From positions 89,221-153,220 of the forward strand of contig JAJDCG010000001.1 of assembly GCA_029260965.1 (NCBI GenBank): a DNA stretch of 64,000 bases, written 5' to 3'. Source of the stretch: Candidatus Levyibacteriota bacterium (GTDB lineage: Bacteria > Patescibacteriota > Microgenomatia > Levybacterales > UBA12049). Position 1 is the stretch's first letter. Every line of letters begins with the position of its first letter. Both the position numbers and the translations under genes were made by a program. The notes under the pieces were generated by a model that was not told where the DNA came from, did not search any database, and was given only the letters and a program-made list of their open reading frames with translations. Below are positions 8,335 through 16,539 of this stretch, one piece after another.

Positions 8335-10521
8335 ATGGACAAGGCATACGATCATAAGAAGTTTGAGGATGATTTATATAATTTTTGGGAGAAAAATGGT
8401 TATTTCAAGCCTGAGATAAATCCTGACGGAAAACCATATTCTATTGTTCTCCCTCCTCCAAATGTAACAGGTACGCTTCATATCGGTCATGCATTTGAAG
8501 GAACGCTTCAGGATATTGCTATTAGATATCATCGCATGCGTGGAGATAAGACCGTTTGGATTCCGGGTACAGATCATGCAGCAATTGCGACTCAGTCAAA
8601 ATTTGAAAAAGAGCTATATAAAAAGCATAAAAAATCAAGGCATGATTTTCCCCGCGAGAAATTCTTTGAGATGGTTAATGAGTTTGCAGTTTCCAATCAG
8701 GATAGAATCTTGGGACAGCTTCATAAAATAGGCTTCTCACTTGACTGGGAGAGGCTTTCTTTTACTTTAGATGAAAAGCGTGAGCTTGCAGTGCGGACTG
8801 CTTTTGAGAAGATGTACAAGGCAGGACTTATTTATAGGGGCGATCGGATAGTTAATTGGGATCCGAAAAGTCAGACAACTGTTGCGGATGATGAGATAGA
8901 GCATGTTAGTCAAAAAGATCCATTTTATTATTTCAAATATGGTCCTTTTATAATTGGAACAGTCAGACCTGAGACAAAATTTGGCGATAAATATGTGGTC
9001 ATGCACCCGAGGGACAAGAGATACAAGGATTATAAACATGGACAAAAAATTGACCTTGAATGGATAAACGGGCCAATGACAGCAACTGTTATTAAGGACG
9101 TGGCTGCGGATATGGATAAAGGATCTGGTGTTATGACGATCACCCCTGCGCACTCTGCAATTGATTTTGAAATAGCTCAAAGACATGGACTTGATATTGA
9201 AAAAGTGATTGATGATAGGGGCATACTTCTTCCAATTGCAGGGGAATTTGAGGGGCAACATATTAAAAAAGCGAGAGCATTGATAGTTGAGAAACTGAGA
9301 AAAAAAGGTCTTGTAGATAGGATAGATGAAAATTATGAGCATAATGTTTCGACAAATTATCGAGGCAACGGTATGATCGAGCCTCAGATTAAAAGACAAT
9401 GGTTTGTTGCTGTTAATAAAGAATTCCGCATTGAAAATTCGAAAATTCCAGGTATCAAATCAGGTTCAGAGGTTACACTTAAGCAAATTATGAAAAAGTC
9501 AGTTGAGGCAGGAGGCGTAAAAATCAAGCCTTTAAGGTTTGAAAAAATCTATTATCACTGGATTGATAATCTCAGAGATTGGTGTATTTCAAGACAAATT
9601 ATATATGGACACCAAATTCCTGTTTGGTACAGAAATGATGATATGTACGTTGGGCTTAAGGCACCCGAGGGAGATGGATGGAAACAGGATACAGACACCC
9701 TTGATACTTGGTTTTCCAGTGGTCTTTGGACTTTCTCAACTCTTGGTTGGCCTGAAAAAACACCAGATCTTAAAACATTTCATCCAAACTCCAATATGAT
9801 GCCAGGATATGAGATTCTTTTTTTCTGGGTTGCTCGCATGATTTTAATGAGCGGATTTTTATTGGGCGAGGTTCCTTTTAGTCGAGTTTATTTACATGGC
9901 ATTGTCCGTGACAAACAGGGAAGAAAGTTTAGTAAATCTTTAAACAATGGCATTGATCCTTTGGAGATGGTTGATAAATACGGAACCGACGCGCTTAGAA
10001 TTGCCCTTATTTTTGGTGCGGGAATTGGAAATGACGTGATGTTTGATGAGCAAAAAGTGAAGGGCATGAAGCATTTTGCCAATAAACTTTGGAATATAGC
10101 GCGGTTTATTGAAGTGAATAAGCAAAAAGCAAAAAGCAGTATGCAAAAAGCAAAAAAAATTGAGGATTTAGAAAAGATTGCAGACAATAAAATTGATAAA
10201 GAGTGGGTGAAAAAAACAGTAAATTTGATAGAAGAAGTCACAAAAAGTTTGGATAATTATAAATTTAATTTAGCTGCAGAAAGGCTTTATGAATTTATAT
10301 GGCATGAGTTTGCGGATGTTTATATAGAAGATGTTAAAAGTAGAATTGATGAAAACTCATTCTCTGTTCTCTGTTCTCTGTTTTCTGTTCAGCTAAAACT
10401 CCTTCATCCCTTCATGCCTTTTGTAACTGAGGCTATTTATCAGGAATTTCGAAAAAACGGGATCTTGACTGAGGGGAAAGAATCGATAATGATTGAGAAA
10501 TACCCTATGCTGAAATTCTAA
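8335..10521 (+). CDS. valS: valine--tRNA ligase (short form)
   Basis: A class I aaRS. The HIGH region is PPPNVTGTLHIGHAF. The KMSKS-like motif is KFSKSLNN. The editing and anticodon-binding regions are valS-like. Confidence 0.8.
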   Translation: MDKAYDHKKFEDDLYNFWEKNGYFKPEINPDGKPYSIVLPPPNVTGTLHIGHAFEGTLQDIAIRYHRMRGDKTVWIPGTDHAAIATQSKFEKELYKKHKKSRHDFPREKFFEMVNEFAVSNQDRILGQLHKIGFSLDWERLSFTLDEKRELAVRTAFEKMYKAGLIYRGDRIVNWDPKSQTTVADDEIEHVSQKDPFYYFKYGPFIIGTVRPETKFGDKYVVMHPRDKRYKDYKHGQKIDLEWINGPMTATVIKDVAADMDKGSGVMTITPAHSAIDFEIAQRHGLDIEKVIDDRGILLPIAGEFEGQHIKKARALIVEKLRKKGLVDRIDENYEHNVSTNYRGNGMIEPQIKRQWFVAVNKEFRIENSKIPGIKSGSEVTLKQIMKKSVEAGGVKIKPLRFEKIYYHWIDNLRDWCISRQIIYGHQIPVWYRNDDMYVGLKAPEGDGWKQDTDTLDTWFSSGLWTFSTLGWPEKTPDLKTFHPNSNMMPGYEILFFWVARMILMSGFLLGEVPFSRVYLHGIVRDKQGRKFSKSLNNGIDPLEMVDKYGTDALRIALIFGAGIGNDVMFDEQKVKGMKHFANKLWNIARFIEVNKQKAKSSMQKAKKIEDLEKIADNKIDKEWVKKTVNLIEEVTKSLDNYKFNLAAERLYEFIWHEFADVYIEDVKSRIDENSFSVLCSLFSVQLKLLHPFMPFVTEAIYQEFRKNGILTEGKESIMIEKYPMLKF
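10362..10389 (+). repeat. heptanucleotide tandem repeat (CTCTGTT x3 plus a variant) inside valS coding sequence
   Basis: The sequence ctctgttctctgttctctgttttctgtt encodes FSVLCSLFSVQ. Confidence 0.6.
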
Positions 10522-10623
10522 TATCTAATTTCTAATATCTAAAAAACATTAAAATTATTGTTTCGAAAATAGATACTCAATACAAGTTGTTATTTTTACC
10601 AATTTGAATTATATTAGTAGGCA

Positions 10624-11001
10624 ATGGGCAAGGATTCTCAAAAAAAAGTTTTTTCCCCGAATATATCCCGATTTATTACCGAAGAAGGTAAAAATCTAGC
10701 CTTTAGTATGGTTGCAACTATGCTTGTTATAGGCATTTTTGTACAGGGATTGTCTCTGACCCACAATCTAAGTAAGCAAGAAGATGCAAGCAATAGGCAG
10801 AAAGAAATAAGTGCAGAGCTGGATTTTTGGAAGGAATTTATCGGCAAAAACGGTGATTATAGGGATGTTTATTACCGTATGGCTGAACTGGAATATAAGC
10901 TTGGAAATATAAATGAGGCAAGGTTGAATCTAGCAAAAGTAGAGGAGCTTGACCCAAATTTCAAAGATGCAGATGTTTTAGGAGTCAAGATAGAAGAGTA
11001 A
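10624..11001 (+). CDS. hypothetical membrane-anchored TPR-like protein
   Basis: One TM helix, then a segment YYRMAELEYKLGNINEARLNLAKVEELDPNF that looks TPR-like. Confidence 0.35.
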   Translation: MGKDSQKKVFSPNISRFITEEGKNLAFSMVATMLVIGIFVQGLSLTHNLSKQEDASNRQKEISAELDFWKEFIGKNGDYRDVYYRMAELEYKLGNINEARLNLAKVEELDPNFKDADVLGVKIEE

Positions 11002-11004
11002 TAG

Positions 11005-11712
11005 TTATTCTTCTTTTTTGTTTTCTTCTTTATCTCCGCTTTCAGCTGGTTTTTCGCCTTCAGGTTTTACCTCTCCATCCTTGGCCTCGCCTTCCTTACC
11101 TTCGCCTTCTTCACCTTCTGCACCTTCTGCGGGTTCTGGTTCTGGCTCTGGTTCAGGTGCGACAAGTTCTGCTATTTTCACAACTGTCTGGTCAGGAGCT
11201 GTGAGTATTTCTACTCCTTCTGGAGCCTTTAAGTCACCGACTAGTATATGGGCATCAAGCTCAGCTAAATGCTCCACGCTTACTTCAATGTTTTCGGGGA
11301 GTTTGTCGGGTAAAGCTTCAACCTCAACTTCAGATAGTGGTTGAAGAAGAAGGCCGACTTTTTCTGCAACAGCTTTAGCCTCGCCTACAATTGCAAGCGG
11401 AACTGTGGTTTTTACTTTTTCTTTGAGGTTTACCTGGTAAAAGTCAGCATGAAGAGGTGTGTGTGTCTCAAAATCCATTTGAAGGTTTTTGACCAGAACA
11501 GGATGAGTTTTACCGTCAAATTCAAGATCAATAAGTCCTGAATCTCCTGCTTCTTTATGAACGTTTTCAAAGTCAGCAAGCTTTACTTGTAGTGCGGTAG
11601 ACTCAAGACCTTTTCCGTAAACATTGCCTGGGAGAATGCCCTCACGTCTGAGATTTTTTACTTTTTTTCCAAGAATAGTCCTTTTTTCAGCAGTGAGCTT
11701 TGGGTGTTTCAT
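11005..11712 (-). CDS. rplY: 50S ribosomal protein L25 / general stress protein Ctc with acidic PE-rich C-terminal tail
   Basis: The N-terminus is KLTAEKRTILGKKVKNLRREGILPGNVYGKG. The C-terminus is EPEPEPEPAEGAEGEEGEGKEGE. The plus-strand Ser/Pro-rich ORF opposite it is an antisense artefact. Confidence 0.8.
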   Translation of the reverse strand: MKHPKLTAEKRTILGKKVKNLRREGILPGNVYGKGLESTALQVKLADFENVHKEAGDSGLIDLEFDGKTHPVLVKNLQMDFETHTPLHADFYQVNLKEKVKTTVPLAIVGEAKAVAEKVGLLLQPLSEVEVEALPDKLPENIEVSVEHLAELDAHILVGDLKAPEGVEILTAPDQTVVKIAELVAPEPEPEPEPAEGAEGEEGEGKEGEAKDGEVKPEGEKPAESGDKEENKKEE

Positions 11713-11784
11713 GTATTTATGTATTTTACCTTAAATTTTCTGCTAAAACAAGCAATTAGTCTTTTGTCTTTGTATAATGTAGAT

Positions 11785-12300
11785 ATGCGGATACTTGGAA
11801 TAGATCCTGGGATTGGGAGATGTGGATGGGGAATCATAGAAGCAAAAGGCAACAAGCAAATAGCAATAAGCTATGGTTGTATTGAGACTGATAAAGACTT
11901 GCCACTTGATACAAGGCTTGAACAACTTTTTGATCAGGTTACAAAAATTATAAAGACTGAAAAGCCAGAGAGCTTTGCAATAGAGGATCTTTTTTTTAAT
12001 ACCAATGCCAAGACAGCAATGGTGGTTGGACAGGCACGGGGTGTAATTCTCTTGGCAGCGGTTAAGGCTAAGCTTCCGATCGGGATTTATACACCGCTGC
12101 AGGTTAAGATGGCGGTCACAGGTTATGGCAGGGCAGATAAGAATCAAATGGGTCAGATGATAAAAGTTTTATTAAAACTTGATAAAATCCCAAAACTTGA
12201 TGATACAGCAGACGCCTTGGCAGTTGCCATAACACATGCATTTTCAAATAAATTCGAAGCACAAAATAAGAAATCCGAAACGATGTCAAAATACAAATAA
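11785..12300 (+). CDS. ruvC: crossover junction endodeoxyribonuclease RuvC
   Basis: MRILGIDPGIGRCGWGII... with the catalytic D/E pattern. The start was taken at the internal ATG at 11785; the upstream residues of the longer ORF are not RuvC-like. Confidence 0.8.
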   Translation: MRILGIDPGIGRCGWGIIEAKGNKQIAISYGCIETDKDLPLDTRLEQLFDQVTKIIKTEKPESFAIEDLFFNTNAKTAMVVGQARGVILLAAVKAKLPIGIYTPLQVKMAVTGYGRADKNQMGQMIKVLLKLDKIPKLDDTADALAVAITHAFSNKFEAQNKKSETMSKYK

Positions 12301-12358
12301 TCAAATACAAAAAAAGAACATTCGGATTTCGAATTTTTAGTGCTATAATCTCAGTAAT

Positions 12359-12931
12359 ATGATTGGTGCTTTAAAAGGAGTTGTTGAACTGAGACAAGAT
12401 CCGACAATTATAATTGATGTGAATGGTGTTGGTTACCGCGTGCTTGTTCCTCTTAGTGTTTCCTCAAAACTAGATGGTTTAGGTTCTAAAATCAAGCTCT
12501 TTACCTACACACATGTCAGGGAAGATGCATTGGAGCTTTATGGCTTTGCTGAGTCAGAAGATTTGAGAGTCTTTGAATATCTGATAAGTGTCAATGGTGT
12601 TGGTTGTCGGACTGCTTTGAATGTTTTTTCAGTGGGGACACGTATGGATATCATGAAGGCAATTACCTCAAATGATGTTAATTTTTTTACATCAGTCCCC
12701 AGACTTGGCAAGAAAAACGCGCAGAAAATAATAATTGAGCTGAAGAATAAAATAGGTGGAGAGGACATAGATCTTTCAGCAGATTCGGGAGATAATGATG
12801 AAGTGATCGGAGCACTTAGATCATTTGGTTATTCAACCAAAGAGGCACAAAGCGCAATTAGTTTATTAAAAGGTGAAGGAGCAACTGTTGAGGAAAAAAT
12901 ACGACTTGCCCTGAAATATTTAGGAAAATAA
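12359..12931 (+). CDS. ruvA: Holliday junction DNA helicase RuvA
   Basis: The N-terminus is MIGALKGVVELRQDPTIIIDVNGVGYRV. The tandem HhH segment is ISVNGVGCRTALNV. Confidence 0.85.
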   Translation: MIGALKGVVELRQDPTIIIDVNGVGYRVLVPLSVSSKLDGLGSKIKLFTYTHVREDALELYGFAESEDLRVFEYLISVNGVGCRTALNVFSVGTRMDIMKAITSNDVNFFTSVPRLGKKNAQKIIIELKNKIGGEDIDLSADSGDNDEVIGALRSFGYSTKEAQSAISLLKGEGATVEEKIRLALKYLGK

Positions 12932-12969
12932 ACTCGAAAACCGAATATCGAAACTAGAAACAATATCAA

Positions 12970-13335
12970 ATGAGAGAAATAAGAAATTCAAAACTCTATG
13001 ATTTAGAAGATAGGACATTACAGTTTGCAAAAGACAATAGATCGTTTGTCAAACAATTACCAAAAACGATCGGTAATATTGAAGATGGAAAACAACTTGT
13101 GAGATCATCAGGTTCAGTTGGCGCAAATTATATTGAAGCAAACGAATCATTTAGTAAAAAAGATTTTGTATTAAGGACTAAGATTTGCCGTAAAGAGGCA
13201 AAAGAAAGTAGGTATTGGTTAAATTTGGTAGATACAAGTGGTGATACCAAGCTTGAGAAAGAGTGGAAACGCTTAATCCAGGAAGCAACAGAGCTGATGA
13301 ACATTTTTGGTTCAATTATAAGAAAGTCTGAATAG
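12970..13335 (+). CDS. four-helix-bundle protein (23S rRNA intervening-sequence protein family, TIGR02436-like)
   Basis: The core YDLEDRTLQFAKDNRSFVKQLPKT...QLVRSSGSVGANYIEANES.SKKDF..R..I..KEAKESRYWL. It is inserted between ruvA and ruvB. Confidence 0.6.
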   Translation: MREIRNSKLYDLEDRTLQFAKDNRSFVKQLPKTIGNIEDGKQLVRSSGSVGANYIEANESFSKKDFVLRTKICRKEAKESRYWLNLVDTSGDTKLEKEWKRLIQEATELMNIFGSIIRKSE

Positions 13336-13363
13336 TTTATAATTTTGATAATTTAAGTTTTGT

Positions 13364-13398
13364 ATTTGTTTCGGATTTCGGGTTTCGTGCTTCGAATT
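13364..13398. repeat. ~35-nt dispersed intergenic repeat copy (tttgtttcggatttcgggtttcgtgcttcgaattt)
   Basis: Its reverse complement matches 22636-22670 at about 31 of 35 positions. Partial copies lie at 12318-12340 and 12932-12969. All copies sit directly upstream of ATG start codons that lack an SD. Confidence 0.6.
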
Positions 13399-13405
13399 TA
13401 AAGTT

Positions 13406-14446
13406 ATGGATAAGTCTAAAACAAAAGTAAAAGAAGTAAAGGAGGTAACACTTGAAGAGGAAAAACTATTCGTATCCCTCAGGGCTTCTTCCTGGGAGGA
13501 TTTTCATGGTCAGCAGAACATAAAGGCATCGCTTCAGATTGCGATAGAAGCAGCAACCAAAAGAGGTGAGGCAATTGAGCATATCCTTTTGTATGGACCG
13601 CCTGGGCTTGGAAAAACCACGCTTTCTCATATCGTGGCACGGAAAATGAAAGCCAATATCAGGGTCACCTCAGGTCCAGCGCTTGAGCGCTCTGGTGATC
13701 TGGCATCAATTCTGACCAATCTTGAAAAGGGTGACATTTTATTTATTGATGAGATTCACAGGCTCAACCCAACAGTTGAAGAGACACTTTATCCTGCAAT
13801 GGAGGATTTCGCGCTTGATATTGTGCTTGGCAAGGGACCTTCGGCGCGTACTGTCAGGCTTGATCTTCCACAGTTTACGATAATTGGCGCCACAACTCGC
13901 GCAGGACTTCTCTCAGCGCCCCTGAGGGACAGATTTGGAGTAACGCATAGACTCAATTTTTATGAAGCAGAGGAACTTGGAAAAATCATTCAGGAAGCAG
14001 CGGGGAAGCTAAAGGTAAAAATAGATACAGACAGTATAATAGAAATTGCCAAAAGAGCGCGCGGTACACCACGTATTGCTCTCAAGGTTCTCAAAAGAGT
14101 TAGGGATTATGCTCAAGTCAAAGGCGGAGGTCATATTGATTTTGCATCAGCCAAGAAAGCTCTTTCTATGCTTGAGGTTGATGAGAAGGGGCTTGATCCT
14201 CTAGATATTAAATTTCTTCGTGCAATTATTGATAAGCATCATGGAGGTCCTGTTGGGATTGAAACAATTGCATCAACCATTTCTGAAGATAGTGGCACGC
14301 TTGAGGACTTGGTGGAGCCATATCTCATGCAGCTTGGATTTATCAAACGTACATCTCGTGGTCGTGTGGCGACCAAGGCAGCCTACGAGCACTTGGGATT
14401 AACACACCCTGAAGACAAAAGCGGCAAACAGGAAAAGTTGTTATAA
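13406..14446 (+). CDS. ruvB: Holliday junction DNA helicase RuvB
   Basis: The Walker A motif is [18 protein letters not shown]. An AAA+ domain is followed by a winged-helix C-terminus. Confidence 0.9.
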   Translation: MDKSKTKVKEVKEVTLEEEKLFVSLRASSWEDFHGQQNIKASLQIAIEAATKRGEAIEHILLYGPPGLGKTTLSHIVARKMKANIRVTSGPALERSGDLASILTNLEKGDILFIDEIHRLNPTVEETLYPAMEDFALDIVLGKGPSARTVRLDLPQFTIIGATTRAGLLSAPLRDRFGVTHRLNFYEAEELGKIIQEAAGKLKVKIDTDSIIEIAKRARGTPRIALKVLKRVRDYAQVKGGGHIDFASAKKALSMLEVDEKGLDPLDIKFLRAIIDKHHGGPVGIETIASTISEDSGTLEDLVEPYLMQLGFIKRTSRGRVATKAAYEHLGLTHPEDKSGKQEKLL

Positions 14447-14470
14447 AAAAGTTGATTGTAGCCAAAAAGC

Positions 14471-15220
14471 TTACCAGCAAAAGACCCAGAGGAAACAAGA
14501 TTTTTGAGGAGCACTGGGCGGGTTTGTGATCGTTTTTTCTTGAGGAGTATTGGTTGGTTTTACTAGTTGTTTATTTCCTTCAACAGGCTTAGCAATGTTT
14601 TTAACAGTGTTTTTTATGTAGTTAAAGCTGATGGCAAGATAGCCAATACTTGCCTGACTCTTGGGATAATACTTGTTTACTGTTTTTGTGTTATTCGCAC
14701 CAGTTTTAATCGTCAAATTATTACTCCAAGGACCTGTCTTGCAGTCATTTGCAGCTCTCACTTTAAATGTATAGATTGTATTGGGCTTAAGAAGGTAAAT
14801 GTCATATTCTAAGGCTCCAGTGCTTTGGCTTAGGGAAAATTCTGCACCATAGCCTTCGCTATTTTTTCCATCACCAAATGAAACATAATATCCTGTATAT
14901 GGGTGTTGGGAAGGTGTGAAAAAAAGCTTGGCAGTAGTTCTGGTTGTGTCTATTTGAAAAAGATCTGGTGGAGATGTTGGAGCTTGTTTTGTGCAAACAC
15001 TGCTTCCGTCACCTGATGAGCCGGAGTTGGATGATCCAGAATTTGATGAGGATATAGGAGTTGGTGTCGGGCATTGATGATTGTATGAACCTCCTCCATA
15101 GGAGCAACCACCATATGTGGAAGCATTCACTTGTTCACTAGTATAAAAAAAACCAAGTAGAAAAAAGACGATAATAAAAAGAAGGTGAATTAAGCTTTTC
15201 AGCTTTATGGTTAGTAACAT
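14471..15220 (-). CDS. signal-anchored secreted protein with Ser/Gly-rich linker and fibronectin type III-like domain
   Basis: An N-terminal TM helix, then a low-complexity SSNSGSSNSGSSGDGSS stretch. The beta-sandwich-like segment is TTAKLFFTP...YTFKVRAANDCKTGPWS. Confidence 0.45.
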   Translation of the reverse strand: MLLTIKLKSLIHLLFIIVFFLLGFFYTSEQVNASTYGGCSYGGGSYNHQCPTPTPISSSNSGSSNSGSSGDGSSVCTKQAPTSPPDLFQIDTTRTTAKLFFTPSQHPYTGYYVSFGDGKNSEGYGAEFSLSQSTGALEYDIYLLKPNTIYTFKVRAANDCKTGPWSNNLTIKTGANNTKTVNKYYPKSQASIGYLAISFNYIKNTVKNIAKPVEGNKQLVKPTNTPQEKTITNPPSAPQKSCFLWVFCW

Positions 15221-15280
15221 TTTAGCTCTTGATTTTCAGTATATATGCATATATAGTTGATATCAACAGGGGAAATAATT

Positions 15281-15457
15281 ATGTTTGGTATAGGCGTTCA
15301 AGAATTAGTAATAATACTCGTAATCGTACTTTTGCTTTTTGGTGGAAAAAAACTTCCCGAATTGTCAAAGGCTGTTGGTGAGGCAATACGAGACATAAGA
15401 AAAGGCTTTACAGACGATAGTCATAAAGACAATAAAAAAGAAGAGAAAAAGTCTTGA
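15281..15457 (+). CDS. tatA: twin-arginine translocase subunit TatA
   Basis: MFGIGVQELVIILVIVLLLFGGKKLPELSKAVGEAIRDIRKGF. An SD (AGGGGAAAT) precedes the internal ATG at 15281. Confidence 0.8.
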   Translation: MFGIGVQELVIILVIVLLLFGGKKLPELSKAVGEAIRDIRKGFTDDSHKDNKKEEKKS

Positions 15458-15479
15458 CGCGCAATACCTGCACCAATTA

Positions 15480-16334
15480 ATGGAATTATCAGTAAAAAAA
15501 GGCTTAACATTTTTGGATCATATTTCCGAGCTACGATCCCGTCTTTTCTGGTCCTTGTTTAGTTTTTTTATAGGTGGAATAATCGGATTTTTATTAAACA
15601 GTCAGATTTTAGCTTTTCTTATCTCTCCTCTTAGTCAGCCACTTTTCTATTCGTCTCCAGCAGGAGGGTTTGATTTTGTTTTTAAGTTAAGTATTTTTTT
15701 TGGTTTTGTTATATCAATCCCTGTTTTTACTTACCATGTTATTAAATTTATAGAACCTGTACTCTCAGAACATTTTCATGTTTTCATCAGTCGTTTATTG
15801 ATTGCATCATGTCTGCTTACAGCAAGCGGTATTTTATTTGCTTATTATCTTAGTCTTCCCGCAGCTCTTCATTTTCTAAATCAATTTGGATCAGATAAGG
15901 TTCGCTCACTAATTTCAGCTACTGAATATTTCTCATTTGTGACGGCGTACATAGCAGGATTTGCAATTTTATTTCAACTCCCGCTTGTTTTATTTCTTAT
16001 CAACCGTGTTACTCCTCTAAAACCTGGACAATTAATGAAAAGACAACAGTATGTAATACTGGTTAGTTTTATAATTGCAGCCATACTTACACCTACGCCA
16101 GATGTTTTAAATCAGACCATAATGGCTCTTCCCCTGATTGGTTTATATCAAGTATCAATTTTAATTATTTGGGTAAGTAATTACATGGCGCATGTTAAAA
16201 AGGAACATGCAGAGGCTGCAAGTGTGTCATCGCGGAGCAGGTTAAACAGGAGTAAGCTTAGAAAGCTTAAGTTTTTTCAAAGTTCAACTAGAAAATTAAA
16301 TTATCAACCATTAATCAAATCATCATACTCGTAA
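15480..16334 (+). CDS. tatC: twin-arginine translocase subunit TatC
   Basis: Six predicted TM helices. The N-terminus FLDHISELRSRLFWSLFSFF is TatC-like. Confidence 0.8.
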   Translation: MELSVKKGLTFLDHISELRSRLFWSLFSFFIGGIIGFLLNSQILAFLISPLSQPLFYSSPAGGFDFVFKLSIFFGFVISIPVFTYHVIKFIEPVLSEHFHVFISRLLIASCLLTASGILFAYYLSLPAALHFLNQFGSDKVRSLISATEYFSFVTAYIAGFAILFQLPLVLFLINRVTPLKPGQLMKRQQYVILVSFIIAAILTPTPDVLNQTIMALPLIGLYQVSILIIWVSNYMAHVKKEHAEAASVSSRSRLNRSKLRKLKFFQSSTRKLNYQPLIKSSYS

Positions 16335-16338
16335 GATA

Positions 16339-16539
16339 ATGACAAATCCTATTAAAAATATTTTAAATAAAGAAATGAGCAGAAAAGATTTTCTGAGTTA
16401 TTCAGGCATGACTTTATTATCCTTTACAGGAGCTCTGACTATCCTGGGAAAGCTTGAAGATGCAGATCTTCTTAAATTCTACAAAAAACAAACAGTTGGT
16501 TTCGGGTCAGGAAGCTATGGTGGAAAGGAGAAAACATAA
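16339..16539 (+). CDS. small protein with Tat-like (S-R-K-D-F-L) signal peptide
   Basis: MSRKDFLSYSGMTLLSFTGALTILG resembles an S/T-RR-x-F-L-K Tat signal in an RK variant. Its stop overlaps the ATG of the next gene (TAATG). Confidence 0.45.
   Translation: MTNPIKNILNKEMSRKDFLSYSGMTLLSFTGALTILGKLEDADLLKFYKKQTVGFGSGSYGGKEKT

Noticed and set aside
8767-9399. 210-aa minus-strand ORF inside valS
   Set aside because: It is antisense to a well-supported valS frame. It has AT-rich, Cys/Phe-rich junk composition.
11018-11344. 108-aa Ser/Pro-rich plus-strand ORF
   Set aside because: It is antisense to the GAA/GAG-rich acidic tail of rplY. It is a low-complexity mirror-frame artefact.
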